A stretch of DNA of 64,000 nucleotides from the NCBI RefSeq assembly GCF_009914755.1, contig NC_060938.1. One strand, written 5' to 3'. Below, in pieces: positions 16,013 to 28,932 of this stretch. The notes under the pieces are model-generated. The model had not been told where the DNA came from. It made no database searches and saw only the letters and a list, made by a program, of their open reading frames with translations. The stretch comes from the human T2T-CHM13v2.0 reference genome, Homo sapiens. A program made the translations under genes and the position numbers. Within the stretch, counting starts at the first letter, position 1, and each line of letters starts with the position of its first letter.

Positions 16013-18125
16013 GACAGGGCATTTCATAGCTCAAAGCCTGGTCGATGATAAGAAAGGGAAGACAAACGACACATCAGCCTTGCAAGAGTGAGATGCTGAT
16101 GACTCAAGCCCTGATCCTGCTTGAGGAAATGAATGCCCTGCTCCATTTATGAACATTTGTGGGCAGAGGTCCTTTCACTGAAGAATAAGCCCTCTCAGAA
16201 CAGACTTCTCACTGTGAACATAGATTTTATAAGCATAGAGACCACCTCTATGATTTCTGGAACAATCACTCTCCACGACACAGAGCAGGTGCCTTGGCCC
16301 TATCCTGGACCCTTCAGGAACCAGCACAGCTCACTGGTGACTCTGAGAAAGTGATTGCTGATGTCCCACGTGAGTATCCAGTAGGTCCCTCTGAGAGCCG
16401 CTGGGCACTCTTTAGACAGTGTCTGCATCACCTGCCTGGTGTCTTGATCCCCCAGGCTCTTCAATAGAAACACTCTTGGACTCTTGGTCTACAGGTTATG
16501 AACTCATTATCCCAAAATAACTTCCAAGGAATTTGTGTTATGGATAATTGTGGGTTTTATTTCCAACTCCATTCAGTGAGCACTGAAACCATGAGGAGCT
16601 TGTGTTGACTTTTATATGAAGAAGCTCATTTATATTTGACATCTGGAAGGCTGGTCCCACCAGTGAGAAAAGTCTGTACAGTGGTCTGCACAGGTCAGAA
16701 ATTAGAAAGTGATATAGTCACAAACTTGCAAAACCAGCAGACATTCAGTGTATTCAGCATTCAGCTCTTTCTATTTCTTCAGGAAAATAGAGGGGTTATA
16801 TCTGTATGGAAAATGGGACAAGTAGTTTTCAGCTGATTCTCCTGGGAAGTTGTTATTGAAATCACTCAAGTGCTGCTCTGACACAGGATTGTGAAGAGGA
16901 CGTTGACCCCTGGTGGTCGTTGTCAGCAACACGGGTGCTCAACCATGGTGGGTGCCTTTGTTACTGTTTTGTCCACAAGAGATTTTAGCCTGTCATGTGC
17001 TGCATGCAGGTGAGTTTTTAAACTTCAGATGAGGAAAATAACATGACCACATAGAAGATGAGGAAATTGAAGACGTCACTTCATCAACCACATTCCGCTG
17101 ATGAGAACTTTTTACACAGAGAGCCAGGGATGAGCTGGGAAGAGGAAGGGGCTGAGGAAGATCATCCATAGAAGGACACATCCAGCCTGCTTGAACTCCC
17201 TGTGGAAGGAGGGTTTAAATGTTTGTCTTCAGCTAATCAGGGGTATTTCAAGACCTTCACAAGCTTTCAGAGAGAGAGTTTTCATGAACAAAAACCCATG
17301 CATTACTCAGAGTTGTATTTTTCATCATTTATTCTTCTTCTCTAGGCAGCTCCACAGCAGGGTGTTCTCAGAATTCTCCCTGATCTTCCTTGAGTTCCTG
17401 GTGCAGCTCCTGGAGGAAAAGCCTGCATGGGGGAGGGAGCCCTCCTCATGTGCAGCCCTGAGGCTGTCCCATCACCTCACCCGCCACTGCCCTTCAGTCA
17501 CTTGATAAACATTTCTGAGCTAATCTTCCTGAAACGTTTGGTTTTGCACAGTATGTTCACCAGGTTACAAAATACTTAAGCTCTGTCTATTTCCACAGAC
17601 ACGTATTCCTTTCTGGAGCAAAGGTTGGTCTTGAGTGTGTGGTAGTGGATAATTAGTGAGAGGAGGTTTGTGTGCATCTTGTCATCTCCCAGAGTGTATC
17701 CACCATGGAGTTGACACCCACAAGCAAGCAGATGGACTTGCTCACTGGAGGATGACAAACATTTTCATAACCTATGACCTCAGTGGTGCTCTTTCCCTGC
17801 AAGACCAATTATGGTCACGCCTCTGGCTAATGTGCAGTCAGCAAGGACGACCACTGCCCACCTCTGAGGGCTCCCTCCAGATGCCCACCCACTTTGTAAA
17901 GGGAAGCTTTTGTTCCTGCCTGGATCCCATGCATGTGTTTGCATTTGCTGCACAAACTGCCTTATTCAGAACCACCACCCAAGAGCTCACAGTGTGTCTA
18001 ATCCAACTCTAGGGCATTATACAAGGAGTCTCTTATTGTCACGTTTGCCAAGTCTCATTAAAGGATTTTCATTATGGGATTGACCAGAACTTGCTGGCCT
18101 TTTAGAGATGTGAATCTGCCTGAAA

Positions 18126-18787
18126 TGTTGCAGAATCCGGAGGACCAGAGAGAGATCTTGGGGTGTATACAGGAGGATATTTTTATTACTGAGTACACCC
18201 AGACCCAGCAGACTCAATGACCAAAGACTGGGCACAGAACAAAGAGAGCGCTTGACTTTTATACACACTTCCCAAAATGGGGTGGGCTAGCTTGAAGCAA
18301 GCTTAGAGTGCACAAAAGCAGGGATACGGAGGCAGGACAGAGACAGTTAATCAAATTGTAACAGGTTCATAACTCAGGATTACACATGACCATTGCTATG
18401 CAACCCAGATGTCTGTTATCTAGGTTTTGTTCTAAAGAGCCTTGCACTGGTTGATCTCATAACACTCACTCCGGTACCTAGACAGCTGTAGTTCTGGCCT
18501 GCTCAGGCTTCTCATGACCTTCGTTGTGCTTCTTAGATAAAACAGAATACTTGAAGTTACTAGTTACAGAGAACAAGACTCTATAAACTCATATCATAAG
18601 ACAAAGGAAAATTTGTTTTTCTTCTCCCTATGTTGAGGGAGTGCTGAAAGAGTCTCCAGAGCACATTAGATAATATTATTAAGACTTTTCCTGGGTCTGG
18701 GCTGTGCTTGTTGCTGCCGCTGGGATAAGTCAGCCTAATACAGGAAAGCTTATTTCTCTTTTTTAAAAATTTTTTTTTCCAGCCTCA
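18126..18787 (-). mobile_element. Solo ERV LTR (probably ERV1 class; family not determined)
   Basis: TG...CA termini (TGAGGCTGG...GCAACA on the minus strand) and an AATAAA near the 3' end. It is absent at the paralogous position of the IGHV1-45 unit (~14660). No clean TSD. Confidence 0.7.
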
Positions 18788-19530
18788 CTAAAAGCTTAAA
18801 AATCTTACTCTCTGGGAAGGGACATTGTAAACCAGAAGTTAGAAAAACTCCAAATTAACATATATTTTGTGGATTTTGGAAGAAAGTGCTCAAATAGTAA
18901 TAGCCTCACTCACTTTCCCTCTGACTAATATCACTTCTAGAAAGCCATTGAAAATACCTGGGTGTTCCAAGATAATTTAGGCTTGTTATATTAGGGGATC
19001 ACCAGAAAAAGAAAGAACCAAGAGTTCTTGTAGATTCATCCATTGTGACTTATTTGTGACTGTGGGGCAGGATGGCTGTAGTGGAGGAGGCGGTGTCCGT
19101 GCGGGGCAGGGATTCATGGGAATTCTCACACCTTCTGTGCAATTTCACTGTAATCCTAAAACCTCTAAAATGAACTTTATGGTAAGAAGTGACAGAAACA
19201 TTTGAAAGACAATTTTCCCACTTTGTAAGAATCATGCTTACTCTTAACATATGACCAAATAACCTTGCTCCAAATGATTTATTCATCTAATTCAAAAACT
19301 TGTTCATAGTAGCACCTTTATGGTATGTTTGTATCAACTTTACTGAGTGTGGCCTTTCCCACTCTGTCAGTTTGGCTTATGTGGTGGCTCTTGAATGGAA
19401 TATTTCTCTTACAATTAGATTGTGTTTCTATTGTTCTTTGTTCTCAAATATATAACCCGTTTTCTAAACAGTCTTAAACTGAATAACCCCTGTCATTTTC
19501 TCAGCTCAGCACAGCTGACTCCTCCCTCAG

Positions 19531-20007
<477 letters not shown>

Positions 20008-20088
20008 GGTGAAGAACTTTCCTCTCAGAGGCTTCTGTAGAGAAGGGATGTGGTTGTTGGATGATGCTTTCAGGGCCCAGATGTATCC

Positions 20089-20131
20089 ATATTTACCTCA
20101 GTAGATCTAAGGTTATTTGCATATTCATGAG
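20089..20131 (-). promoter_or_regulatory. IGHV1-46 promoter (heptamer, octamer, TATA-like box)
   Basis: CTCATGA (20125-20131), ATGCAAAT (20115-20122), TAAATAT (~20089-20095). Confidence 0.92.
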
Positions 20132-21239
20132 ACAGATTATTTCATACCTCAAAGCCTGATCGAGGTTGAGAAAGAAGATAGATGTCCCATCTGCCACACA
20201 GGAGTGGGATGCTGATGGTCCAAGCCCTAATCCTGCTTGAAGAAATGCATGTCCTGCTCCATTTCTGTTTGCGGACAGGATCCTTTCACTGAAGAACAAG
20301 TCCCCACAGATTATGCTCCTCACTCTGAACCCATATTTCATTAGCGTCAAGACCATCTAGATCATTTCTGGACCATCACTGTCCACGACACTGGGCACGT
20401 GCCTTGGCCCCATCATGGTCCCCTCAGGCACCAACACAGCTCACTGTTGACTCTGAGAAACTGACTGTAGATGTTCCACGTGACTCTCCAGCAGGTTCCT
20501 CTGAGATTCGTTGGGCGCACCTGAGACAGTGTCTCCATCACCTGCCCGGTGTCTTGATTCCCCAGGATCTTCAGCAGAAACGCTCTGGGTTTACAGAATT
20601 GCCCTGAGATGCATAATTGGAAATGGTTTTCTTATATCACAGAAACGAGGAGTCAGAAGTTGAAACAAGAGTTTGGAGTTCTTTAAGAAATCATGTTCCC
20701 AAAATAACTTCCAAGAAATTTGTGTTTTGGATAATTATGGGTTTTATATTCAACTCCGTTTATTAGTATTTTGTGAAGTATTTACATACTTTCAGTTCGT
20801 ATCCATAGATACTCATCTTTCCATATTGCTTTCTGAATCATTATGTCCGTGCACCCACCACACTCTCGGATCCACCACTGCCCCGTCACTCACACAATGT
20901 AGGCAACATTACTTAACACTGAAATCTGAATTTTTTGTTCATAGGAATATAGTGACTCCCACAATTCTGTATCCATTGAAATAGTAAAATCATACCTATT
21001 CTTCACATTTTCACTATTAAGATACTTATAATCCTAGAAGCCCAATTTAAAAAATAGTTCTCATTGCCTGAAGTTATATGAATTGTTCCATTGTAGCAGG
21101 ATATTTGAAGGCATATCAGCAACTTGTTGAACGGTTATTTTAGATTTTTTTTTTTCTGACGAAGGAAAACCGAGGCCCTGAGAGGAAACCTCCTCCCCAG
21201 CCTCCTGTTCTAGGGCTGGACCGTGTGCTGCGTGGCTCC

Positions 21240-21510
21240 TCAGTGCCCCCTCCTGCCCAGCCCTTACCTTTCAAGGAGGTTTCTGTCAGGGCTCACAAAA
21301 CATTTTCTCCAGAGTCTTTAGTCCGGCATAAAGTGCCTGTGTCCTGGCTTAGAATACTCTTCCAGCGACAATATATGCTGCCAACACCATCTCTTGAAAC
21401 AATTGATTAGCCTAACTAATCCTATTGAATTCTGCAGAAAGACCCAAAGAAAAGATTCTAGGACACAGGAGGGAGCCAGTGCTCTGAAGCTCCAGGTGCA
21501 CTAAATCAGT
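21240..21510 (-). pseudogene. Highly decayed IGHV relic (unnamed; RSS and FR3 remnant)
   Basis: Nonamer ACAGAAACC (21278-21286), exactly 23 nt of spacer containing the V-spacer motif TGTGAGCCC, and a decayed heptamer GACTCTG (21310-21316). The upstream frame reads VSRDGVGSIYCRWKSILSQDTGTLCR, which is FR3-like. A CTCF-like site sits at the usual post-RSS position (21243-21256). Confidence 0.5.
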
Positions 21511-23959
21511 GGAGACACAGTGAATACAAGAGCTTGCAGGGGTTTGGGGAGGGTCGTGTTTCTTCATTAGGCTCTTGTAGTTGAATGTTGCATTCGAGAA
21601 TACCTGCGGGTGTAGATCTATTCAGATTAAAGCCATCTCTGTATCTCCTAGTCCAATAACACACATTTTCCCTTCTTCCTAGTGTCTTGCCTATAAAGAA
21701 AGTACCTCCTACACTGACACTAGGTCTAGGTTTATGCCATTTTTTTTGTCCTAGAGATCTAAGAAAAACAGGATACAAGTGGAGACTTGGGAAGTGCATG
21801 CAGTTTTTTTTTTCTTTTTCCTTAGCTAGGAACCCTGCAAATGGCCCATGGTAACAGAATCTGTGGTCAATGCGGGAGTTGCCAAGACCTTGTCCTTACA
21901 GAGTTGATGTCAGAGGCTTCATATTGCTCTTCTGTCCTTGTCTTACTCTCTGCCATTCTCTTTCAGTTTCCCTACGTTCTCCTTCTCTGACAGAGCCTGT
22001 GCATTGTCACACTTTCATCTTTAATTTGTGCATCCCGGAAGTATCATATGTAGTTACAATTGAATCTTAATAATTTAGTGCTCTTCTTTCTATGGAATGT
22101 GACCTATATACAGAGTCTCCAGAAGTCAAATTGATGCTTTCCCTTTTCTGGCTGGAACATTATAGGATTCTTACCCTATTGGCTAATTTGACCCATTTTC
22201 CTTATAAAGGAAGGCTGCTGTGAGGGGTCTGTAATGGAGATGGACTGCCTTCCCCTACATAGATAAGGTGCTAGAAATGTTCTTCCCCTGGATCTTCTAT
22301 CTGGAGAATTTTCTGCTTGTATTTCTCAGAGTTTACGTCTCTTGATGACTTAGCCATGAGATAATCTATTACAATTCTCATACAAAAAAACCTGGAGGTT
22401 GCTGGAGAAAAGAAAGCACAAGAGTGTGGGGTGTGGGGTCTCCAGGATTTTGCACCCTCATACGGTCAGACATGCCCTCTTTGTTTATGTAGTTCAGATT
22501 TACATATAATAAACCCCACAGCCAGGCTCATCTGAATTGCCACATGCTCATTTAAACTCACTGGAGAAGCAGCTGAATGTAATCATCACAATGAACTCAG
22601 AGAAACCTGGAGGGTGTTTGGAATGATGTAGACCTTTAAACATAGATGATAATTGTTCCCAGTCTTGTTGAAATGGCTGGCAGCCCCCAATCCTGTTTCT
22701 CTCCTCCACTTACCTGAATGTCTCCAAGAACCTCATGAACCTAAGGACTCTCTTTTTCATGGATGACTCTGAGGATTCTCAATCTGGTCAGTGCCACAAT
22801 CAGAGGCAGCTAATGGACGATTCTCAGTCCACTGTTATGTTGAGCCCATAACATAGGACACATATACAAGAGTGGCCAATTCATGTCAGTGCCAATCAAC
22901 ATTTAATTCAAGGGGCATGATTTTCAGTGCATTGAAGTACAAAAGCTTCATAATTCTTAATAGAGGCACAAAGCGAATGGTTTGCTGAAGAAATGAGCTC
23001 ATGGTTGGAAGAAAGCTGACTGCCCCCAAGAAGAGTCTCTTTAACTAAAGCACCTGAAACGTGATGTCCTGAGACCTTGTGAAAATTCATTTCCTTGAGT
23101 AAAAAAACAGGAAAGCTATTCTCAAATCATTGGAAGAAACCTTATCAGAAATTTAATCAACACAGCAGTCATATTCCAGTAAGTCAATCCTTGGGTTTAT
23201 GTTTCACAACTCAAGAAGCTATAAAGAAATCTATATAATTGGAAGGCTGCTCCAACAGAGGGAATTTTGACCTATTTAATTAATAGAACAGTATTCATTC
23301 AAAGACACTCTCCTATGGAATCTGCAACTTAAACAGATCTCTGCAACCTGGAAAAATTTTCTCACTTATTTTTCTCTAGACATCCATAAACGCAAAAAGG
23401 CATCTCGTATATTTGTGCATCAGTTATCTATGGAAGTACTTTGCATGTTAATGAAAGTTTATCGAAACATGGTAGCTTAATCACCTAATGTGAACTCGCA
23501 CTTCACTGGTTTCCAAAATTCTCCACCTGTGTGATGGGGCAATGGGTGCCTCTGAGAATATGCTGATTTTTGGACTGAACATATTCTCCACTCCTCACTT
23601 GACTCCATGGTTCCTGGCTCATACAAATGTGTCTATGACTGAAAACCCAATGCTGATATTTAGCAAATTTTCCTCTTATGAGATTCATATTCTCTCTCTC
23701 TTTCTCTGTATGTCTCTATCTCTCTATTTTTCTGTGCCATTACTAGTTATTACTGAATCCTGAATCCTGCCAACAGACTCCATCTCACGTTCTGCCAATC
23801 TTCTTCCTCAAAGACAATTAGGGGCAAACTCATCCTTGCCCAAGATGGGAAAACTTTCTGGACTTATTTATTAGAGCCTCATATGAGAACCCTGATCAAA
23901 CATTATTTGCTTTTGGATTATACCTCAAATCTAAAACTGTTCTTCGTAGCGGCTATGAC

Positions 23960-24262
23960 ATTCTGTATTCTCATCATTACCATTAGGCAAAACAGTGTGG
24001 TGGCTCCTAAATGAATTAAAACAGAAATACCATATGACCAGTGATGCAGCTTATGGAAATATACCCAAAGAGATGAAATTACCGCCTTGTGAAGATACCT
24101 GCGCTCCTGTGATTATTGCAGCTGTATTCACAACAGCCAAGATATGGAAACTAAGTGTCTGTCAATGGGCAAATGGATAAAGACAATGTGGTATGTGTAC
24201 ACAACATAGCATTATTATGCCTTATAAAATAAGGAAATGCTGCCATTTTCCACAAGACAAAT
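23960..24262 (+). mobile_element. L1M 3' fragment that truncates IGHV(II)-46-1
   Basis: aaaacagtgtggtggctcct...attgcagctgtattcacaacagccaagatatggaa...aatggataaagacaatgtggtat are typical L1 3' motifs. Confidence 0.75.
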
Positions 24263-24581
24263 GGACTCCCACCACCACTAGCAATGGATTTTATCCATTG
24301 CAGCCCCTCCCTGAGAGCCGGCAGATCCAGGTCCACTAGTAAGGACTGGTTGTGACGGAGTGGCCAGTAACAGTGTAGGTGAGGCAGAGGGTAAGTGTGT
24401 GCTATTCAGGTCCAGGGCTGACTCCTGCAGCTGCTCCTGGGACAGGGCATGTGATTACATGGAGAATCAGTCCCTGTCAGTCACATGTACCTATCCTAAC
24501 CCGATAGACCCATGTCTGACATCTGAGACGTTCACCTTCAGGACCTGCTACCAGGCACAGGAGAAGACACGATAATGACAT
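24262..24581 (-). pseudogene. IGHV(II)-46-1: Clan II IGHV pseudogene, 3'-truncated
   Basis: Leader exon 24536-24581 (MSLSCLLLCLVAGPE|, GT donor). The acceptor is mutated to AC (24451-24452). V starts CAGGAGCAGCTGCAGGAGTCA at 24439 and has frameshifts and stops. FR3 and the RSS are replaced by L1. Confidence 0.85.
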
Positions 24582-24861
24582 CTTCCTTATGAACACAACT
24601 CTGCATTCCCCAGATACCTTACCCCTGCCTGAGGGGAGAGCTGTTACCTTCCACAGTCCAAAAGCATTTTATACCCTGGAGCCTGAATAATATTTTGGAT
24701 ATGGCAAAGCCTTGTGCTTATAAGACAGAGGGACATAGGTCAGACTCCCCATGGATTTGATATGTTTTATTGTTGTCTGTTTATTTACAGGTTGACATGA
24801 TAATGTCCTTGCCAAAAACTACAGTCATGACAGTTCATAAAATTTGCTTTATTCCTGTTTT

Positions 24862-25110
24862 CTTTTTTTTTTTTTTTTTGAGATGGAGTCTCCCTCTGTT
24901 GCCCAGGCTGAAGTTCAGTGGTGCGATCTCGGCTCACTGCAAGCTCTGCCTCCCGGGTTCACGCTATTCTCCCGCCTCAGCCTCCTGAGTAGCTGGGACT
25001 ACAGGTGCCCGCCACCATGCCTGGCTAATTTTTTGTATTTTTTAGTAGCGATGGGGTTTCACCGTGTTAGCCAGGATGGTCTCCATCTCCTTACCTTGTG
25101 ATCTGCCCAC
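24862..25110 (-). mobile_element. 5'-truncated AluY
   Basis: AluY features (ctgcaagctctgcctcccgggttcacgc; accgtgttagccaggatggtctc) and a perfect 15-bp TSD CTTTATTCCTGTTTT (24847-24861 / 25111-25125). Confidence 0.9.
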
Positions 25111-25778
25111 CTTTATTCCTGTTTTTCCACCTGTGACATTTGAACTTCTGTATCAAGTGAGCAATGTGCATACCTTACAGGAGCAATTACAAAATAACTC
25201 TCTAAGTCATCACTATTACACAAATGCTACCCTGTCCTTACTGACAAATGTCTCTGGAAAGATTTAAGTAAACATACATCATAAATTGCGTCCTTAAATT
25301 AAAAGTAGCATAAGGTTCAGAAACTCATGAACTCCCTTTGCCAAAGGTACCTCCACTAGAACTTACAACCCATGGTCTCCTTCCTCAAGGACACAGACAT
25401 TCTCATCCTATGACTTGATTCATCAAAAGCCCATGTATTTCCCATTTTACCTTCAATATTATACTCCGATTCATCACATGCTGATACAGCAAAGTATTTT
25501 AGGGGATTGAAGTGCCATGTGGAAACATTCAACAGAATGTTAAAGATGCCTTCCCATTACATCTTCCTAAATAGCTTCTTTACTGCTGTCCACTTGGAAA
25601 TTCTTTATTTTAGAAGAGACATCAGAGAAAAACAGCCTCAAATATTGTGAAAGGGGCTAATGACCATTAAGAACAAATGCAGCAGTGACTCCAGGATGTG
25701 AATCCATAGGTTTACACAGTGAAAATGAGGTGGGTTACATAAGTCGTTTTGAGAGGATTATCCTGTGCTCCTAGAATC

Positions 25779-25928
25779 AGGACTAAGGGTGGCATCACTG
25801 TAGGGTTAAACAGGGAGTTGCTGGGAAGATATTCTTGTAGAAGTGATTTTTGTAGGACTAAGGGTGGCATCACTGTAGGGTTAAACAGGGAGTTGCTGGG
25901 AAGATATCCTTGTAGAAGTGATTTTTGT
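25779..25928. repeat. 75-bp tandem duplication (1 mismatch)
   Basis: AGGACTAAGGGTGGCATCACTG...GAAGTGATTTTTGT at 25779-25853 and 25854-25928. Confidence 0.95.
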
Positions 25929-26948
25929 AAGGTTGTGGTTTCTTCTATCCAAGGCTGTGGTTAAGCAGAATCCATTTACGGTAGTTCTTGTTTTCTGGAG
26001 TATATGCATGAGAAACTTCTTCATGGTCATTCCTAGTTCCATTTGTCAGGGTGTTAACACAAGTGTTTCCATTTTTATTCTGACAACTTTCACACCCTCT
26101 TTCTAATACTACTGGTGAGGAAGTTGAATCTGTGGTTGTTTGTACAGCACAGGATAAATTTCACATCCACATCCCATTCTGTCCACGCAAGCTCATCCCC
26201 TTCACTCCTGTTGTCCACATTCGTTCCCAGATAGTCTCCACACAACACACTGGAGGGTGCTGAGCAATGGGAGAAGAGAAAGCCCCAACAGCCACTCCCA
26301 TGTGGCTGCAGGAGCCACAGCCTGAGCCCCGCCTGAGCTGCAGGGAATGGGCTTGAGGCTTGGGGCTTTTGCAGCAAGAAACACCTCCCCATTTTACAGG
26401 GAGCAAGAGAAGTACGAGGAAAAGCAAGAACAACAACAAATAAAAAGAAATAGAATGGTTTAAGAGCAAAAGGGGACCCAGATCAGTGCTGATACTGATT
26501 TGCATACTTTAGTGTCAGGAGAAGGAGAAGGGTCAGACGTGAAACCTGTGAGGTTCTACATGACACTGACCCTGGCCCAGCCTCTCTATTGGCTGGTATC
26601 AAAATTCCTGAAGACTGATCTAGTCAGGGAATCTCACAGAGGTTTCTGTCCTGAGTCTGACTGGAGAAGATTCACCAGGCACCCCTGAGTTTCCTCAAGG
26701 CTGATCCTGGTGACCATGGTTGAGGACTTTTCATCTCTGTAAGCATCCATCTGCATTTTGTGCATGTAAGAATAGGTTCTCAAAATAATCATTAAAAAAC
26801 ATGTAGAGATGACATTGGTAAGCACAGAATTCTGAACTTAGAGAGGTTCCCTAGAGAAATGGTAAAAAGACGAAGTCCCACACCCTGACAGGAAATCAGC
26901 CTCTGTGTGCACCTGCCTCTTGGGCTGACTCTGATCAGTGGCTCCTGA

Positions 26949-26962
26949 GCGCCCCCTGCAGC
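26949..26962 (-). promoter_or_regulatory. CTCF-like motif just 3' of the IGHV3-47 RSS
   Basis: GCTGCAGGGGGCGC on the minus strand. Motif match only. Confidence 0.65.
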
Positions 26963-26989
26963 TGATTTCCTCCAGCGTTCCTGCAGGGA

Positions 26990-27480
26990 AGTTTGTATCT
27001 GGGCTCACATTGACTTCCCCTCACTGTGTCTCTTGCACAATAATACACAGCCATGTCCTCAGCTATCAGGCTGTTCATTTGAAGATACAAGGACTTCTTG
27101 GCGTTGTCTCTGGAGATGGTGAATCGGCCCATCACGGAGTCTGCATAGTATGTATCACCACCAGTACCAATAGCTGATACCCACTCCGGACCCTTCCCTG
27201 GAGCCCGGCGAACCCAGTGCAGAACATAGCTACTGAAGGCGAATCCAGAGGCTGCACAGGAGGGTCTCAGGGACCCCCCAGGCTGTACCAAGCCTCCCCC
27301 AGACTCCACCAGCTGATCCTCACACTGGACACCTGCAAACACAGAGACACAAAAGTCAGAAATTGCCAAACATATCCACTGTTTCTCTCACTCATGTAAC
27401 TCACACTCAATCTCTCTAGTTCTCCATGAATCACATTTTAATATAGCAACAAGGAAAACCCAGCTTAGCACAAACTCCCT
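26990..27480 (-). pseudogene. IGHV3-47: Ig heavy variable 3-47 pseudogene (leader 27435-27480, V exon 27029-27332, RSS 26990-27028)
   Basis: The V exon is open ([65 protein letters not shown]...YYCAR). The initiator is AGG (27478-27480), there is no octamer upstream, and the RSS is CACAGTG-23-ATACAAACT. Confidence 0.93.
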
Positions 27481-28319
27481 GGTGAGTCCTGTGTGTTCAG
27501 TCCTGATCACTGAATGCAAACACTTGGGAATCCCAAGGCTGGGGCTCCTCTCCCAGAGCAGCAGGGTCAGGGGTGGGCTGGTTTTCATCCAAAAATTACG
27601 GAGACAACTAGGGGTCAGGCAGATAAGTTTTTGGCGTATCTGACATTTAATGTATTTATTTGTTTCTTCCTATCATCCCTTTTTTGTATAAAATGTCGGC
27701 TGTTTACTTGTAATAAATTTTATGAGTTTTAACTGACAGATGATAAAATTCACATATTTAACATGTGCAATAGTAAACTTTGAAAAAATAATCTCTATTT
27801 TCAATGAGGTAACAAGTCAACTCCCCTCAGCATTCCTCTTGATCTTTTATATTATTTGTTTTTTCCCCTTCCCTTTTTCTACCATTTCTTTATAAACTAC
27901 TGATGTTTTCATATTTCTTTAGACTAGTATTTATTTGGTAGAATTTATAAGAATGAAATAATATAGTATATTCGCTTATGTATTTGGCTTATTTTTCTCA
28001 ATAGAAATACTGAGAATTAAACCATTTATGTTATATGTGTTTATTTTTTTATAAAAATTGGTAGCATTTCGGCAAACAAATGTAGCGTAATTTGTTTTTC
28101 TATTAAGTTGTTAATTGATATTTGAATTTTTTATTACATTGGGTCTTACTAACAAATCTGCTACTCAGTTTGGTAATGTACAAAGATGATCAATTATACA
28201 TAAATTATATAAATATATTTATTTTTGCAACAACAATAACAGATAAACAAGATAATGTGTTATTTGGCAGATTTCCTTTAGTATTTCAGATAATTGAAGT
28301 TATGAGATAGAAAACATAC

Positions 28320-28932
28320 TTATAAACCAAAGAGTATCTGAGACTAATCTCAATAGATTTAGGAAGTTCATTTTTCCAGGACTAAGGACATGCCTGTGAC
28401 ACAGCCTCAGGGAGTCCTGATGATACGTGCCCAGTGTGGTGGGACACAGCTTGGTTTTATACAATTTAGGGAGACATGAGACATTAATTAATATATGTAA
28501 GGTATATTTATTTAGTTCAAAAAGGCAGGACAAATTGAAGTTGGGGGGAGAGCTACCAGATCATAGGTAGGTATGAGAGAAATGGTTGCATTATTTGAGT
28601 TTCCGATTAGCCTTTAACTGAATGCACAGTTTACAGGAATAGTCACATAGGCCTTAGTCTGGCTTAGTGAAACAATAGAGCAAAGGGAGCAATCAGATAT
28701 GCATTTGACTTACGTGAGCAGAGAAGTGACTCTCTGCTTGGTCTACAATGTCCTTGGTCTACAAGGATTTTCTGTGCGGTCAAATTTTGAAGGAGATATG
28801 TAGCTTGTAAACACCTTAACAGCTATCATTTTAGGGAAAGAATGGAAGGTGGGTTTGCCCCAAACAGTTTTCAGCTTGGCTTTTCCCTTTGGCTTAGTGA
28901 TATGGGGGTCCCAAAGATTTATTTTCCTTTCA
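28320..28932 (-). mobile_element. MER4-group ERV1 solo LTR
   Basis: aaaccaaagagtatctgagac...cagcttggttttatacaatttagggagacatgagacat...ggggtcccaaagatttattttcctttca. Homologous to the copy at 32017-33653 and absent from the IGHV3-48 paralogous flank. Confidence 0.75.

Noticed and set aside
26498-26505. Extra perfect octamer (also at 2041, 3032, 6001, 48878 and elsewhere)
   Set aside because: No leader or V exon follows, it is not conserved in the IGHV3-48 paralog, and 8-mers of this kind are frequent in AT-rich and L1 DNA.
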